A DNA stretch of 64,000 nt from an uncultured delta proteobacterium (GTDB lineage: Bacteria; Desulfobacterota; RBG-13-43-22): contig CAVUPH010000032.1 of assembly GCA_963743305.1 (NCBI GenBank), forward strand, positions 64,001 to 128,000, given 5' to 3'. Position numbers and translations under genes: made by a program. Each line of letters opens with the position of its first letter. Positions within the stretch are counted from its first letter, which is position 1. The notes below the pieces were generated by a model. It was not told the DNA's origin. It made no database searches and saw only the letters and a program-made list of their open reading frames with translations. Of the stretch, positions 41,045 to 51,894 are shown one piece after another.

Positions 41045-41197
41045 GTAAGTCCAAAAGCGGCCCGGAAGGATATACTCCTCCGGGCCGCCTCCCGGTCCTT
41101 CTTTCGGGCCGATTGGACCAACAATCACCGGAGCGCTGGGAGGTAGTTTCCCCCCTCGACTCAACTAACCGCTCCGGTCCCACTACAGGGTAGCGCC

Positions 41198-42067
41198 TTG
41201 GAAATTTCATCGGCTTTATTCTGGCAAGGGATAATCAATGGGCTGGCCCTGGGGTGGATCTATGTCCTCATGGCCCTTGGATTAACCTTGATTTTCGGCA
41301 TTATGCACATCATGCAGTTCGCCCACGGCGAAATCTACATGATCGGGGCCTATATCGTCTATTACCTGATCGCCTCTTTCGGCCTGCCCCTCATTCCAGC
41401 GACGCTCTTATCCATGATGGCCATGGCGGTTACCGGAGTGTTTTTGGAGCGCTTATTATTTCGCCGGCTTAAGGGGGAAATTTTGACAGCCATTGTCGCC
41501 ACCACCGGTCTGACCCTGATTATTCAAAGCGGGGCCGTCGTCCTCTTCGGACTGTACGAACGCTCCATCCCCTTGCTGGCCATCGGCCCCCTGAACTTAC
41601 TAGGCAGCGCCGTTCCCAAGGATCGGATCATCGCCGTCACCGTAGCCGTCACCTTAAGCTTGGCCCTCTACGTTTTCCTGAAAAAGACTAAATACGGCCA
41701 GGCCATGGTGGCCAGTGCCCAGAGCCCGGAGGGGGCAATCCTGCAAGGTATCGGCCCGGATCAGATGGCCGCCTTGGCCATGGCCATCGGTTGCGCCCTG
41801 GCCGCCGCGGGCGGTACCCTGGCCGGATCGCTCTTCGCCTTGAGTCCTTACATGGGTCTAGCGCCCCTGGTCAAAGGGCTGATCATTATCGTCCTGGGCG
41901 GCATGGGCAGCCTGGCGGGGGCCTTCCTGGCCGGGATGATCCTCGGTTTGATCGATGGGCTGGTGCCCATCCTCTTCGGGCATGCCTGGGCGGCCATCGG
42001 GCCGCTGCTCCTCGTCATCCTGGTGCTGGTCATAAAACCCCAGGGACTTTTTGGCCATGCGGAATAA
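41198..42067 (+). CDS. livH: Branched-chain ABC transporter permease
   Basis: NGLALG.IYVLMALGLTLIFG..FAHGE, IVLGGMGS, KPQGLFG. Confidence 0.9.
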   Translation: MEISSALFWQGIINGLALGWIYVLMALGLTLIFGIMHIMQFAHGEIYMIGAYIVYYLIASFGLPLIPATLLSMMAMAVTGVFLERLLFRRLKGEILTAIVATTGLTLIIQSGAVVLFGLYERSIPLLAIGPLNLLGSAVPKDRIIAVTVAVTLSLALYVFLKKTKYGQAMVASAQSPEGAILQGIGPDQMAALAMAIGCALAAAGGTLAGSLFALSPYMGLAPLVKGLIIIVLGGMGSLAGAFLAGMILGLIDGLVPILFGHAWAAIGPLLLVILVLVIKPQGLFGHAE

Positions 42068-43064
42068 TCGTTTCGTAAAAATAGTGATGGGATGTGGATC
42101 AGCAGCCGTCATCATCGCGGCCCCTTTGCTCCTGCACAGCCCATATTGGACTTCAGCCTTGACGGTAATAGCCCTCAACGTCCTTTTGACGGCCAGTTTG
42201 CGAACGGTTACCCTGATTGGAGAGTTCTCCCTCGGTCACGCCGGCTTCATGCTCGTCGGCGCCTATACCGCCGGGCTTTTATCGATGCAGGCCGGTCTGC
42301 CCTTTGGGCTGACGGTGCCGGCCGGAGCGCTGCTGGCCGGATGCCTGGCCTTGGCTCTGGGCTATCCTTTCATGCGAGTCAAGGGCATTTATTTCGCCAT
42401 CCTGACCGTGGTCACCTCGGAAAGCCTGCGGGTCTTAGCCTGGAATTGGGAAAGTCTGACCGGCGGTTCCAAGGGCCTGGTGGGCATACCGGAACCGGGA
42501 ACGCTCTCCATCCCCGGTTGGGGTGAGGTCCATTTCAGCGATTTTTTAGCCTACTACTACCTGGTCGTCATCGCGGTCGCCTTTAGTCTCACCATCCTCT
42601 ATCTGCTGGAAAGATCCCGGCTCGGTTTCACCTGGCTGGCCATCAGGGAAGCGGACAAACTGGCCGGGGCGGTGGGGATCAACGTCTCCCGGTATAAGGT
42701 CCTCTGTTTCACCACGGCCAGCTTCTTTGCGGGTCTGGGGGGCGCCCTGATCGCCTACCAAGAACAGGCCATCAGCGCTGACGCGAATGCCACTTTCGGG
42801 GTCATGCAGACGATCTACCTGCTGGTCTATATGGTCGTTGGCGGGGAACGGCGCTTCTCCGGGCCGATTTTTGGCGCGGTCCTCCTGTCCTTGCTGGCTG
42901 AATTCACGCGAGCGGTCCAGAACTATCAACCGATGGTTATGGGGGTCATCGCCCTCGCCGTAGTCCTGTTTCAGCGTCAGGGTCTGGTCGCCCTGCCCTC
43001 CAGGCTTCTCACTCTCTGGCCCGGTTCCTCAAGCGCCCGTCCGGCCCGGACGAAGCCGGAGTAA
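42057..43064 (+). CDS. livM: Branched-chain ABC transporter permease
   Basis: FSLGHAGF..GAY, GIYFAILT, LTGGSKG, AIRE, VVGG. Confidence 0.9.
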   Translation: MRNNRFVKIVMGCGSAAVIIAAPLLLHSPYWTSALTVIALNVLLTASLRTVTLIGEFSLGHAGFMLVGAYTAGLLSMQAGLPFGLTVPAGALLAGCLALALGYPFMRVKGIYFAILTVVTSESLRVLAWNWESLTGGSKGLVGIPEPGTLSIPGWGEVHFSDFLAYYYLVVIAVAFSLTILYLLERSRLGFTWLAIREADKLAGAVGINVSRYKVLCFTTASFFAGLGGALIAYQEQAISADANATFGVMQTIYLLVYMVVGGERRFSGPIFGAVLLSLLAEFTRAVQNYQPMVMGVIALAVVLFQRQGLVALPSRLLTLWPGSSSARPARTKPE

Positions 43065-43068
43065 ACCG

Positions 43069-43863
43069 ATGGCCCTGCTTTCGGCCGAAGGCTTAACCAA
43101 AATTTTCGGCGGGTTGGCCGCGGTGGTCGATCTGGACATAAAACTCGACCCGGGTCAGATCGTCGGCTTGATCGGCCCTAACGGAGCGGGGAAGTCGACG
43201 GCTTTAAACATGATCGGCGGTACGTATCTGCCGACTCGGGGGCGGATCACTTTCAGTGGGCGGGAGATTACCCGCCGACCGGCCCATTACCGGGCCCGGT
43301 TGGGGATCGCTCGAGTCTTCCAGGAAAATATCCTTTTCAAAGAGTTCACCGTCCTGGAAAACGTCATGGTCGGCTTTCACCTCAAAAAGCGGATGGGTCC
43401 GGCTGATTTATTCCGCTTCACCGCTGGACGGACCGGTTATGGAGCGGGGTCCCTGGCTCAAGGACGGGCGCTGCTGGAACAAGTTGGTCTAGCCGACGAC
43501 CTGGAAACCCCGGCCGGGAACCTGCCCCACGGCCGGCAACGTATCCTCAGTCTGGCCATCGGCCGGGCGACCGGTGCGCAACTGCTGCTGCTGGATGAGC
43601 CATTGACCGGTTTGAATGCCGAGGAAATTTCAACCATGTCTGAACTAATCCGGACCCTGAAGACAGAACACGGCATCACCTGTTTAGTCGTGGAACACAA
43701 CGTCAAGGCGCTTATGGGGCTCTGCGACCGCATCTACGTCCTGAATTTTGGGCGACGGATCGCCGAGGGGACCCCGGAGGAAATCGCCCGGCACCCCCAG
43801 GTCATTAAAGCTTATCTGGGGGCTGAAGAGGATTCGGACTGGGCCGGGCGGCTGACGGCCTGA
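43069..43863 (+). CDS. livG: ABC transporter ATP-binding protein
   Basis: FGGLAAV, GPNGAGKS, LLLLDEP, VEH, VIKAYLG. Confidence 0.92.
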   Translation: MALLSAEGLTKIFGGLAAVVDLDIKLDPGQIVGLIGPNGAGKSTALNMIGGTYLPTRGRITFSGREITRRPAHYRARLGIARVFQENILFKEFTVLENVMVGFHLKKRMGPADLFRFTAGRTGYGAGSLAQGRALLEQVGLADDLETPAGNLPHGRQRILSLAIGRATGAQLLLLDEPLTGLNAEEISTMSELIRTLKTEHGITCLVVEHNVKALMGLCDRIYVLNFGRRIAEGTPEEIARHPQVIKAYLGAEEDSDWAGRLTA

Positions 43864-43882
43864 GGGCTCAGCGGTAGCACGA

Positions 43883-44596
43883 ATGGACACACTGCTTACC
43901 ATCACCGATCTCAAGGTCCGGTTCGGAGGAGCCGAGGTACTCAAAGGCGTCTCCCTAACGGTGGGAAAAGGCGAAATCGTGATGTTGATCGGCTCCAACG
44001 GCGCGGGGAAAACGACCACCCTGAGGACCATTTCCGGTCTGAAGCGAGCCTACACCGGAGAGGTGCTATTTGAAGGCCGACGGGTGGATCTTCTCAGCCC
44101 TCAGGATACAGTCAAGGCCGGAATCGGCCATGTTCCCCAGGGCCGGGCCCTTTTTCCCTACCTGTCGGTCATGGAAAACCTTCTGCTCGGGGCTTATCTG
44201 CGACATGACCAAGGGGTCATAGCCCGGGACCTGGAAGGTGTCTTCGACCATTTCCCCGCGCTGAAGGACCGCAAGCGTCAGTTGGCCGGCACCCTCTCCG
44301 GGGGCGAACAGCAGATGCTGGCTATCGCGCGGGCGTTGATGGGTCGTCCCAAACTGTTGATGCTCGACGAACCGTCCTTGGCTTTATCGCCGATCCTGGT
44401 CCGGGAGATCGGCCGGGTGGTCGTCGAAATCAACCGGGCGGGGACCAGTATTCTGTTAGTCGAACAAAATGCCCACCTGGCCTTCAGCCTGGCTCAACGA
44501 GGGTATGTATTGGAGACTGGTCAAATCGTCGAGTCCGGGTCAACCGCCGAACTGATGAGCGATGATCGGGTCAAACGAGCCTACTTAGGCCGGTAA
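43883..44596 (+). CDS. livF: ABC transporter ATP-binding protein
   Basis: GSNGAGKT, LSGGEQQMLAIARALM, MLDEPS, VEQN. Confidence 0.93.
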   Translation: MDTLLTITDLKVRFGGAEVLKGVSLTVGKGEIVMLIGSNGAGKTTTLRTISGLKRAYTGEVLFEGRRVDLLSPQDTVKAGIGHVPQGRALFPYLSVMENLLLGAYLRHDQGVIARDLEGVFDHFPALKDRKRQLAGTLSGGEQQMLAIARALMGRPKLLMLDEPSLALSPILVREIGRVVVEINRAGTSILLVEQNAHLAFSLAQRGYVLETGQIVESGSTAELMSDDRVKRAYLGR

Positions 44597-44730
44597 ATCG
44601 ACCGGGGATGAGGGATTTTGATAAAGCGCCCGGCAGCCCGCAGTCTTTTAAGGATTTCCTCCCCCTCCATGAGCAGTCGTATTGACGCCGGACGAAAGGT
44701 TCGGCTTTAACGGAGTGTGATTAGCATCCC

Positions 44731-45129
44731 TTATTTTTTGTTCAGCAGGACGGGGATTCTCTTCGATTGGCTGAGGGCTTCGTCCGCCGTCACCAAGGTC
44801 AGATGATACACCACGGCCGTAGCCCCCAGGAATCGATCCACCGGGTCCTGGTGGGGCAAATCCAACTGCCGACTTTGAATCGCCACCTGGTAATTGAAGG
44901 GGGCTTCCAAGAAAGGCAGTTTCTTAAAAACCTGGTCCAGCCATTCGCCAGGATCGGGCCGCAATTGAATCCGCCCCTTTTCATTCAAAATCAGCGCTTC
45001 CCAGGTACTGAAGGGTGATAGCCAAAGTTCGTTCGTCTGGTCTTCCAGAGCCTGGGCCACTTTTTTTGACAGCCGATTAGGCTCCAAAAGACTCCATAGC
45101 CAGATATGGGTATCCAGTAGCAGCTTCAT
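44731..45129 (-). CDS. vapC: VapC PIN-domain toxin
   Basis: LLLDTHIWLW...STWE...HQDPVDR...LVTAD. Confidence 0.9.
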   Translation of the reverse strand: MKLLLDTHIWLWSLLEPNRLSKKVAQALEDQTNELWLSPFSTWEALILNEKGRIQLRPDPGEWLDQVFKKLPFLEAPFNYQVAIQSRQLDLPHQDPVDRFLGATAVVYHLTLVTADEALSQSKRIPVLLNKK

Positions 45130-45371
45130 TGCTTCAAGGCTTCCCAGTCCGCTTCAGACATTATGGGGGAAACGATATCCCCAGTGATTTTCCCGGTAGA
45201 CTTGAAAGACCCCAACCAGGTAGCCGGCTTTTTTGGTTTGGGAGGAGGGACCACCTGGGCAATCGGCTTCCCCTTTTTCGTCACCAGGATCGGCTGACCG
45301 GTCTTGTTCACTTTCTCCAGTAGGGAAAGGCAGGTGGCCTTGAATTTGGATATGGATACAATTTCTTCCAC
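45126..45371 (-). CDS. Phd/YefM-family antitoxin
   Basis: SISKFKATCLSLLEKV..TGQPILVTKKGKPIAQVVP; overlaps toxin start by 4 nt. Confidence 0.9.
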   Translation of the reverse strand: MEEIVSISKFKATCLSLLEKVNKTGQPILVTKKGKPIAQVVPPPKPKKPATWLGSFKSTGKITGDIVSPIMSEADWEALKQ

Positions 45372-45401
45372 AGGCAGACTCCCTTCGGAATTTTTTACCG
45401 T

Positions 45402-45430
45402 AATTTACCATGGTCATTGTCCATGGTCAA
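45402..45430 (-). promoter_or_regulatory. Toxin-antitoxin promoter with tandem operator
   Basis: Minus strand TTGACC, 17-nt spacer, TAAATT, overlapping two ccatggtca repeats at 45408 and 45421. Confidence 0.6.
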
Positions 45431-45460
45431 TGCGAATATATTTGGAACGTTTTTTTTGAT

Positions 45461-45494
45461 AAAAAAAGGGGAGCGTTCCGCGGAACGCTCCCCT
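45461..45494 (-). terminator. Rho-independent terminator of secDF
   Basis: ggggagcgttccg/cggaacgctcccc hairpin followed by a T-run on the minus strand. Confidence 0.8.
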
Positions 45495-45524
45495 GGGACA
45501 ATCGACTTAAGATGGCTGCTCGGG

Positions 45525-48228
45525 CTATTTACGCCCTTTCTTCTTTCCAGCCTTAGCCTTCTCCGGCGGTTTGGGCTTCTCGATTTTTTCAGCCATCGGT
45601 TTCTCGGGCTCCGCTTTTTCCTTGAGGACGACCGGTTTTTCACCGGCCGGTTTCCGGGCCCTTCCTTTCTTTCCCGGCCAAAGGTAGACGATGGGCGAGG
45701 CCACGAAGATCGAGGAATACGTTCCCACCACCACACCGATCAGCAGGGCCAGGGCGAAATCGTGGATCACCACCCCTCCCAGGAAGAAGAGCGCCAGCAA
45801 GACCAGGAAAACCGTCATGGAGGTGATAATGGTCCGCGAAAGTACTTCATTGATGCTGAGGTTGATGATCTCCCCGAAATTTCGCCGGCCCAGACGGTTC
45901 ATGGTCTCCCGGATCCGGTCAAAGACCACCACCGTATCCGTCAGGGAGTAGCCGGCCAAGGTCAAAAGGGCCGTGACGATCAGCAGGGTAATCTCCTTAT
46001 CCAGGAGATAAAATATGCCCAGGACCGCCAGGACATCGTGGAAGGTAGCGATGGCCGCCGCTACGCCGAAACGGAATTCAAAACGCCAGGCCAGATAAAG
46101 GATGATCCCGGCCAGGGAAATGAGGATGGCGATTAAAGCGGCTTTTTTCAAGGCGGCGCTGACCGAGGCCCCGATTTCCGCCTTACTTTCCAGAACGAAT
46201 TTGAGTTCGGGAAAATCCTCCTGCAGAGCCTTTCCCGATGGCGTCCGCTTCCTTAGTCACTGTTTTTTCTGTTTTTTTAATCCGCACCATGAGGATATTT
46301 TCGTTGGCCACCTGCTGCAACTCGAAATCTTTGAACCCTCGCTGGATCAGGGCGCTTCGGACCTTGTCCAGGCGGAAAGACTGCTGGGCCTTGAATTGGG
46401 CCATGGTGCCGCCTCCGAATTCCACACCCAGGTTGGCTTCCCCGCGGTTGATCTGCACGAAGGCTATCAACCCGATTAGGGACAGTATCCCGGAAAGAAA
46501 AAAGGCGTACTTCCTCAGGCCGATAAAATCAATCTTGGTTTTTTTGATGAATTCCACGAAATGCAGCGGCTTGAGGAGCCGTTTGAGGCTCAGATAGTCG
46601 TAGATGACCCGGGTGCAAAAAAGCGCCGTAAAGAGGTTGAAGATGACGCCGATGCTTAGGGTGACGGCAAACCCTTTGATGGGACCGGACCCGAAAAGGA
46701 ACAAGGCGAAGGCGGTAATCAGGGTGGTCACGTGCGAGTCGATAATGGTCCAGAAGGCCTTGTCATAGCCCCCGTCCACGCCCGACTTGACCGGTTTACC
46801 GGCCTTAAACTCCTCCCGCATCCGCTCGAAGATCAGGACGTTGGAGTCCACGGCCATACCGATGGAGAGGATGACCCCGGCGATCCCGGGCAGGGTCAGG
46901 GTGGCCCGGAAGAGGCTCATGGCCGCCAACATAAACACGACGTTGAAAATCATAGCCAGGTTGGCCAAAATCCCTGAAAATCGGTAATAATACATCATGA
47001 ACAGCACTACCAGGGCCGTGCCCACCAAGCCGGAAACCAGTCCTTTCTGGATCGAGTCCAGTCCCAGGGAAGGCCCGACGGTCACGTTCTGGACGATTTG
47101 CACCGGCGCCGGCAAGGCCCCGGCCCGCAGGACAATGGCCAGATCCGCGGCTTCATCGGGGGTGAAGGAACCGGTGATCTGGGCCTGGCCGCCGGATATC
47201 CGCTCCTGAATGACCGGCGCCGATTGAACAATTTGGTCCAGGATGATGGCCAACTGGCGCCCCACGTTGTCCTTGGTCACCTGGTCAAAGACCCGGGTTC
47301 CGTGGGCATTCAGCTCCACGCTCACATGCGGCTCATTAAAATTGCCGCCGAACTGGACCGAAGCGGTTTTAATGGCCGCCCCGGTCATCAGGGCCTTGCT
47401 GAACAGCAACACCGGCTGCTTGCTGACCCGGCCCGTTTCCTTATCGAGCTCCTTCCGGATATAAATTTCCCGTTCCGGAGGAATTCGATCGGCTAAAACC
47501 TGATTTAAGTCGGCATGGGAAAAATCCTTTTTCAAGCGTCCGCTGTTGACGGCCTCGTCAATCATGGCCCGGAGATCCAGTTTCGTTTCCGAGTCCACCA
47601 GCTTAAATTCCAACTGCGCGGTCTTGCCGATCAGGTCCAAGGCCCGCTGCGGGTCCTTGACCCCCGGCAACTGAACCACCATCTCATCCGCTCCCTGGCG
47701 GACAATAACCGGTTCGGTAACCCCGAACTGATCGATTCGGTTGCGGATAATTTCCAGACTCTGGGAGAGGGCGTTCTCCCGAATCGAACTGATTTCCTTG
47801 TCCTTCAAGGAGAATTCCACCTGGAGACCCGCCGGCTGCTGGCCGGTGGACTGGATGGTGATTCCGGGGAATTCCTCCTTAATGGCGCTCTGGAGGGTCG
47901 GGAGTTGCTCCGGGTTGGGCAGGATAAAGACCATGCGGTTGAATCCCCGGGTCTCTCCTTTACTGATCGGAATCTGTTTCTTCCGTAACGTCTCCCGAAG
48001 GTCTTGCTGCATCAAATCCAGTTGGTTGCTGACCGCCTTGTCCAGGTCCACCTTGAGGATCAGGTGCATACCGCCCTGGAGGTCCAGGCCTAAACGAAGT
48101 CCCTCGGCGGGCAGAACCTTCCCCCACCAGGAGGGAAGGTTCTTGGTAGCCAGAGGCAACAAAATAAGAACGGACAGTCCGAGGAGAATGGCGATGAGGG
48201 TGAATTTCCAGCGAATCTTTCTTAGCAT
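45525..48228 (-). CDS. secDF: Fused SecD/SecF protein translocase subunit; +1 frameshift near 46232
   Basis: LGLDLQGG, RNRIDQFGVTEP, GMAVDSNVLIFER, then SecF GVEFGGG, FHDV, GYSLTDTVVVFDRIRE, GTYSSIFVASP. Confidence 0.93.
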
Positions 48229-48566
48229 AGCATCAACCTTTTACTCTTGGATTTAATTAGATCCTCGTTCAGAAGAACCTCTATTTTGTTTGACTTAAAA
48301 CTTTTTTTTTTGACACTAATCAGTTGAAAAGTCAAGCGTTTATTTTCTTTTGCCGGCTAACGTTGAAAATGGCTTGGGTTTCAGTGGATTTAAGGTTCAA
48401 AAGTGTAAAATTCGCCTGTTTTACCGCGGTCGGGCCACGGCGGTGAAACTATGTTGGACAAAAGGCCATTTTTTTGCTAATTTATACGGCAAAAACAAAA
48501 CGCCTAAAAAGCGGTGATCAATTCCATTTTCGTACCAACAGCCAAGAATCGACCAGGTAATCGCCC

Positions 48567-49826
48567 ATGGCCCTTCAAGCGTTAAAAGGATTTAAGGATG
48601 TGCTTCCCGGGGAAAGCGAGAAATGGGCTTTTCTGGAACAGACCGCCCGAAAAATCTTTCAAAATTACGGATACGCGGAGATAAAGACCCCCATTCTGGA
48701 AAAAACGGAGCTCTTCGCCCGGACCATCGGGGCCGCCACCGACATCGTCGAAAAGGAGATGTACACCTTCACCGATCGCAGCGGGGAATCGGTCACTCTG
48801 CGGCCGGAGGCCACCGCCTCAGTCCTGCGGGCCTTTATCGAGCACCATCTTCATACCCGACAGAGCCTGCAGAAGCTCTTCAGCGTCGGCCCCATGTTCC
48901 GTCACGAGCGCCCCCAGAAAGGACGCCTGCGGCAGTTTCATCAGATCAACGCCGAATGCCTGGGCTCGGCCGGACCCTTTACCGATGCCGAGATTATCTT
49001 GCTGCTGCTCCAAATCCTCAAAGCCTTCGGTTTGGCCGATCTTCGCCTGCGCCTGAATTCCCTGGGCTGCCCGGCCTGCCGGCCCTCCTTCAGTTCCGCG
49101 CTCCAGAATTTCTTCGAGGACCGGAAAGGTTCCTTTTGCGAGGACTGCCGACGCCGGATCACGACCAATCCCCTGCGGGTCTTCGACTGCAAGGTGGAGC
49201 GCTGCCAGAATTTTTTGCAGGAGGCGCCAATCCTCCCGGACTTCTGCTGCCCGGACTGCCGAGACCACTTTGAGCGAGTACAGGAATTAATATCCCCCTG
49301 GGACGTCCCGGTCCATCTCGACCCCAGGCTGGTCCGGGGTTTGGATTATTACTGCCGAACCACTTTTGAAGTCAGCGCCGTTCACCTCGGCGCCCAGGAT
49401 GCCGTGGCCGGCGGCGGACGCTATGACGGGCTGTTGAAGACCCTGGGCGGGCCGGATCTTCCGGCCATGGGTTTCGCCATCGGAGTGGAGCGGGCGGCGC
49501 TCCTCCTCGGAAGGGAACAACAATGGGAAACGGATCCCTTTGTCTTTTTCGCCGCCCTGGGGGAAGATGCCCGCCGCCAGGCCTTCCAATGGGTACAGTC
49601 CCTGCGTGAGCAAGGGATCTCCGCCGAGATGGAACCGGAGGAGAAAAGTCTTAAAAGCCAGTTTCGCCGAGCGGACAAATTGCGGGCCCGCTATGTAGTC
49701 ATCCTGGGAACGGAAGAACTGGAAAAAAGCCTGGCCCTTGTGCGGATCATGGAAAATAAAACCCAGGAAGAAGTGCCCTTAAGCGAATTGGTGGATTATT
49801 TCACCCTGAAGCACAAGAAGGATTGA
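48567..49826 (+). CDS. hisS: Histidine--tRNA ligase
   Basis: LRPEATAS, FRHERPQKGRLRQFHQ, LVRGLDYY, GGGRYD. Confidence 0.97.
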   Translation: MALQALKGFKDVLPGESEKWAFLEQTARKIFQNYGYAEIKTPILEKTELFARTIGAATDIVEKEMYTFTDRSGESVTLRPEATASVLRAFIEHHLHTRQSLQKLFSVGPMFRHERPQKGRLRQFHQINAECLGSAGPFTDAEIILLLLQILKAFGLADLRLRLNSLGCPACRPSFSSALQNFFEDRKGSFCEDCRRRITTNPLRVFDCKVERCQNFLQEAPILPDFCCPDCRDHFERVQELISPWDVPVHLDPRLVRGLDYYCRTTFEVSAVHLGAQDAVAGGGRYDGLLKTLGGPDLPAMGFAIGVERAALLLGREQQWETDPFVFFAALGEDARRQAFQWVQSLREQGISAEMEPEEKSLKSQFRRADKLRARYVVILGTEELEKSLALVRIMENKTQEEVPLSELVDYFTLKHKKD

Positions 49827-49882
49827 TCCTTCCCTTTGAAAAAGGGAGGGTGGAAGAGATTTTTGAGATAAGGAGAAATATT

Positions 49883-51664
49883 TTGCCCCATCACGATCAC
49901 TCTTGGCGGCGTACCCATGATTGCGGTTCCCTGAGCCTTAAAGACGTCGGACAAAACGTAACCCTGGCCGGCTGGGTGGATACCCGCCGCGACCACGGGG
50001 GCTTAATATTTATCGATCTCCGCGACCGGGCCGGGATTACCCAGGTAGTTTTTAATCCCGAGACCAATCCCCAGGCCCACCAGGAGGCCCATCAACTGCG
50101 GAACGAATTTGTCCTGACCATCCGGGGTCTGGTCCGCGGAAGGCCGGAGGGGATGACCAACTCCAATTTAAAAACCGGTGAAATCGAGGTGCTGGTTCAG
50201 GAGTACCGCCTGCTCAATACCTCCAAAACCCCGCCTTTTTCTTTAGAGGACTCGGCCGAGGTTTCCGAGGCCGTCCGCCTGCGCTACCGGTATCTGGACC
50301 TGCGGCGGCCGTCCCTGCAAAAAAATTTCCTTTTCCGCCACCGGGTTATTCAATTCGTGCGCGAATTCCTGAACCAGCGGGGTTTGGTGGATATCGAGAC
50401 TCCCTTCCTGACCAAAAGCACCCCTGAAGGCGCCCGGGATTATCTGGTACCCAGCCGGGTGCAAGCGGGAAAATTTTACGCCCTGCCCCAGTCCCCCCAA
50501 CTGTTCAAACAGCTCCTGATGGTGGCCGGTTTTGACCGGTATTACCAGGTAGTGCGCTGTTTTCGGGATGAAGACCTGCGGGCCGACCGGCAGCCGGAAT
50601 TCACCCAGTTGGATATGGAGTTTTCCTTTATCGAGGAAGAAGAAATTATTGAGTTAATTGAGGAGCTGATCGTTCAGCTCTTCACCGAAACCCTGGGAAT
50701 CACGGTTAACCGCCCCTTCCGGCGTCTCTCCTACCACCAGGCCACGAACCTTTACGGAACGGATCGCCCGGACCTGCGCTTCGGGCTGCCCCTGAAGGAC
50801 CTGACCCCCCTGGTTAAGGATTCAGGGGCCAAGGTTTTTGCCGAGGCCGCCCAGAAGGGCGGGTGCGTGAAAGCCATCCGAGTACCGGGCGGCGGGGGCT
50901 TCTCCCGGAAGGAACTGGACGACCTGGTGGCCCTGGCTATGAGCTGGGGGGCCAAGGGATTGGCCTGGTCCAAGATCAACCCCGAGGGCTGGCAATCCCC
51001 TCTGGCAAAATTCTTAACCGAGGAGGAACGCCGGGCCATCAATCTGGCCCTGGAAGCCGAGCCGGGAGACTTGCTCCTCTTCCAGGCCGATATTCCGGCC
51101 GTGGTGCACGAGGTGCTGGGAAAAGTCCGCTTGCACCTGGGCCCCAAAATCACTCCGCCGCGTCCGGATCAGTATGAATTCACCTGGGTCGATCAATTCC
51201 CGCTGGTGGAATACCGGACGGAGGAAGGCCGCTATGGAGCCGTCCATCATCCGTTCACCGCCCCGCTGGAAGAAGACCTTCCCCGGCTGGAAACCAGCCC
51301 GGAGACCGTCCGCTCCCGGGCCTATGACCTAGTGCTGAACGGCAGCGAAATCGGGGGCGGCAGCATCCGAATCCACCAGCGTACCCTGCAGGAACGTGTT
51401 TTCAAGGTATTGAATATTTCATCTGAGGAAGCGGAGGAAAAGTTCGGTTTTCTCCTGGAAGCCCTGGAACTGGGGGCACCGCCCCACGGGGGGATTGCCT
51501 TCGGCTTGGACCGGCTGGTCATGCTGATGACCGGGGCCGCCTCCCTGAGGGAAGTCATCGCCTTTCCCAAAACCCAGAAGGCCGTCTGTTTGTTGACCAA
51601 CGCCCCCTCGACCGTCGACCGGATCCAGTTGAATGAACTGGGAATCCGGCTGGATGTGAAATAA
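49883..51664 (+). CDS. aspS: Aspartate--tRNA ligase (likely non-discriminating)
   Basis: RRDHGG, LPQSPQLFKQ, FRDEDLRADRQPEFTQ, GAPPHGGIAFGLDR; TTG start after AGGAG. Confidence 0.96.
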   Translation: MPHHDHSWRRTHDCGSLSLKDVGQNVTLAGWVDTRRDHGGLIFIDLRDRAGITQVVFNPETNPQAHQEAHQLRNEFVLTIRGLVRGRPEGMTNSNLKTGEIEVLVQEYRLLNTSKTPPFSLEDSAEVSEAVRLRYRYLDLRRPSLQKNFLFRHRVIQFVREFLNQRGLVDIETPFLTKSTPEGARDYLVPSRVQAGKFYALPQSPQLFKQLLMVAGFDRYYQVVRCFRDEDLRADRQPEFTQLDMEFSFIEEEEIIELIEELIVQLFTETLGITVNRPFRRLSYHQATNLYGTDRPDLRFGLPLKDLTPLVKDSGAKVFAEAAQKGGCVKAIRVPGGGGFSRKELDDLVALAMSWGAKGLAWSKINPEGWQSPLAKFLTEEERRAINLALEAEPGDLLLFQADIPAVVHEVLGKVRLHLGPKITPPRPDQYEFTWVDQFPLVEYRTEEGRYGAVHHPFTAPLEEDLPRLETSPETVRSRAYDLVLNGSEIGGGSIRIHQRTLQERVFKVLNISSEEAEEKFGFLLEALELGAPPHGGIAFGLDRLVMLMTGAASLREVIAFPKTQKAVCLLTNAPSTVDRIQLNELGIRLDVK

Positions 51665-51670
51665 ATATCA

Positions 51671-51872
51671 TCTCCCCTTCCCTAGACAGGAGGGGGGCTT
51701 CAACGTGAGCCCTTCGTCAGTGAACCCTTCGACTTTGAGCTCAGGGCCTTGAGCTGGTCGAAAAGGCTCAGGTCCGAACTGCTCAGCCGAACGTTGGGGG
51801 GTGGGTGAAACCCGGACCTCCGACTCAACCGGCTTCACCCCCTCCCTAGCCCTCCCCCGTCAAGGGGGAGGG
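51671..51872. repeat. Composite REP-like palindromic element with nested inserts
   Basis: tccccttccc..ggagggg...ttggggggtgggtga and its inverted copy cctcccccgtcaagggggaggg, interrupted by cttcgac...gagctcag...gtcgaa units. Confidence 0.65.
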
Positions 51873-51894
51873 AATGAGAAGAGAGGAGTCCCTT

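Noticed and set aside
46183-46240. Programmed frameshift between the SecD and SecF halves at GGGAAAG
   Set aside because: Needs a +1 correction inside the SecF domain, like the ten other insertions; sequencing error is simpler.
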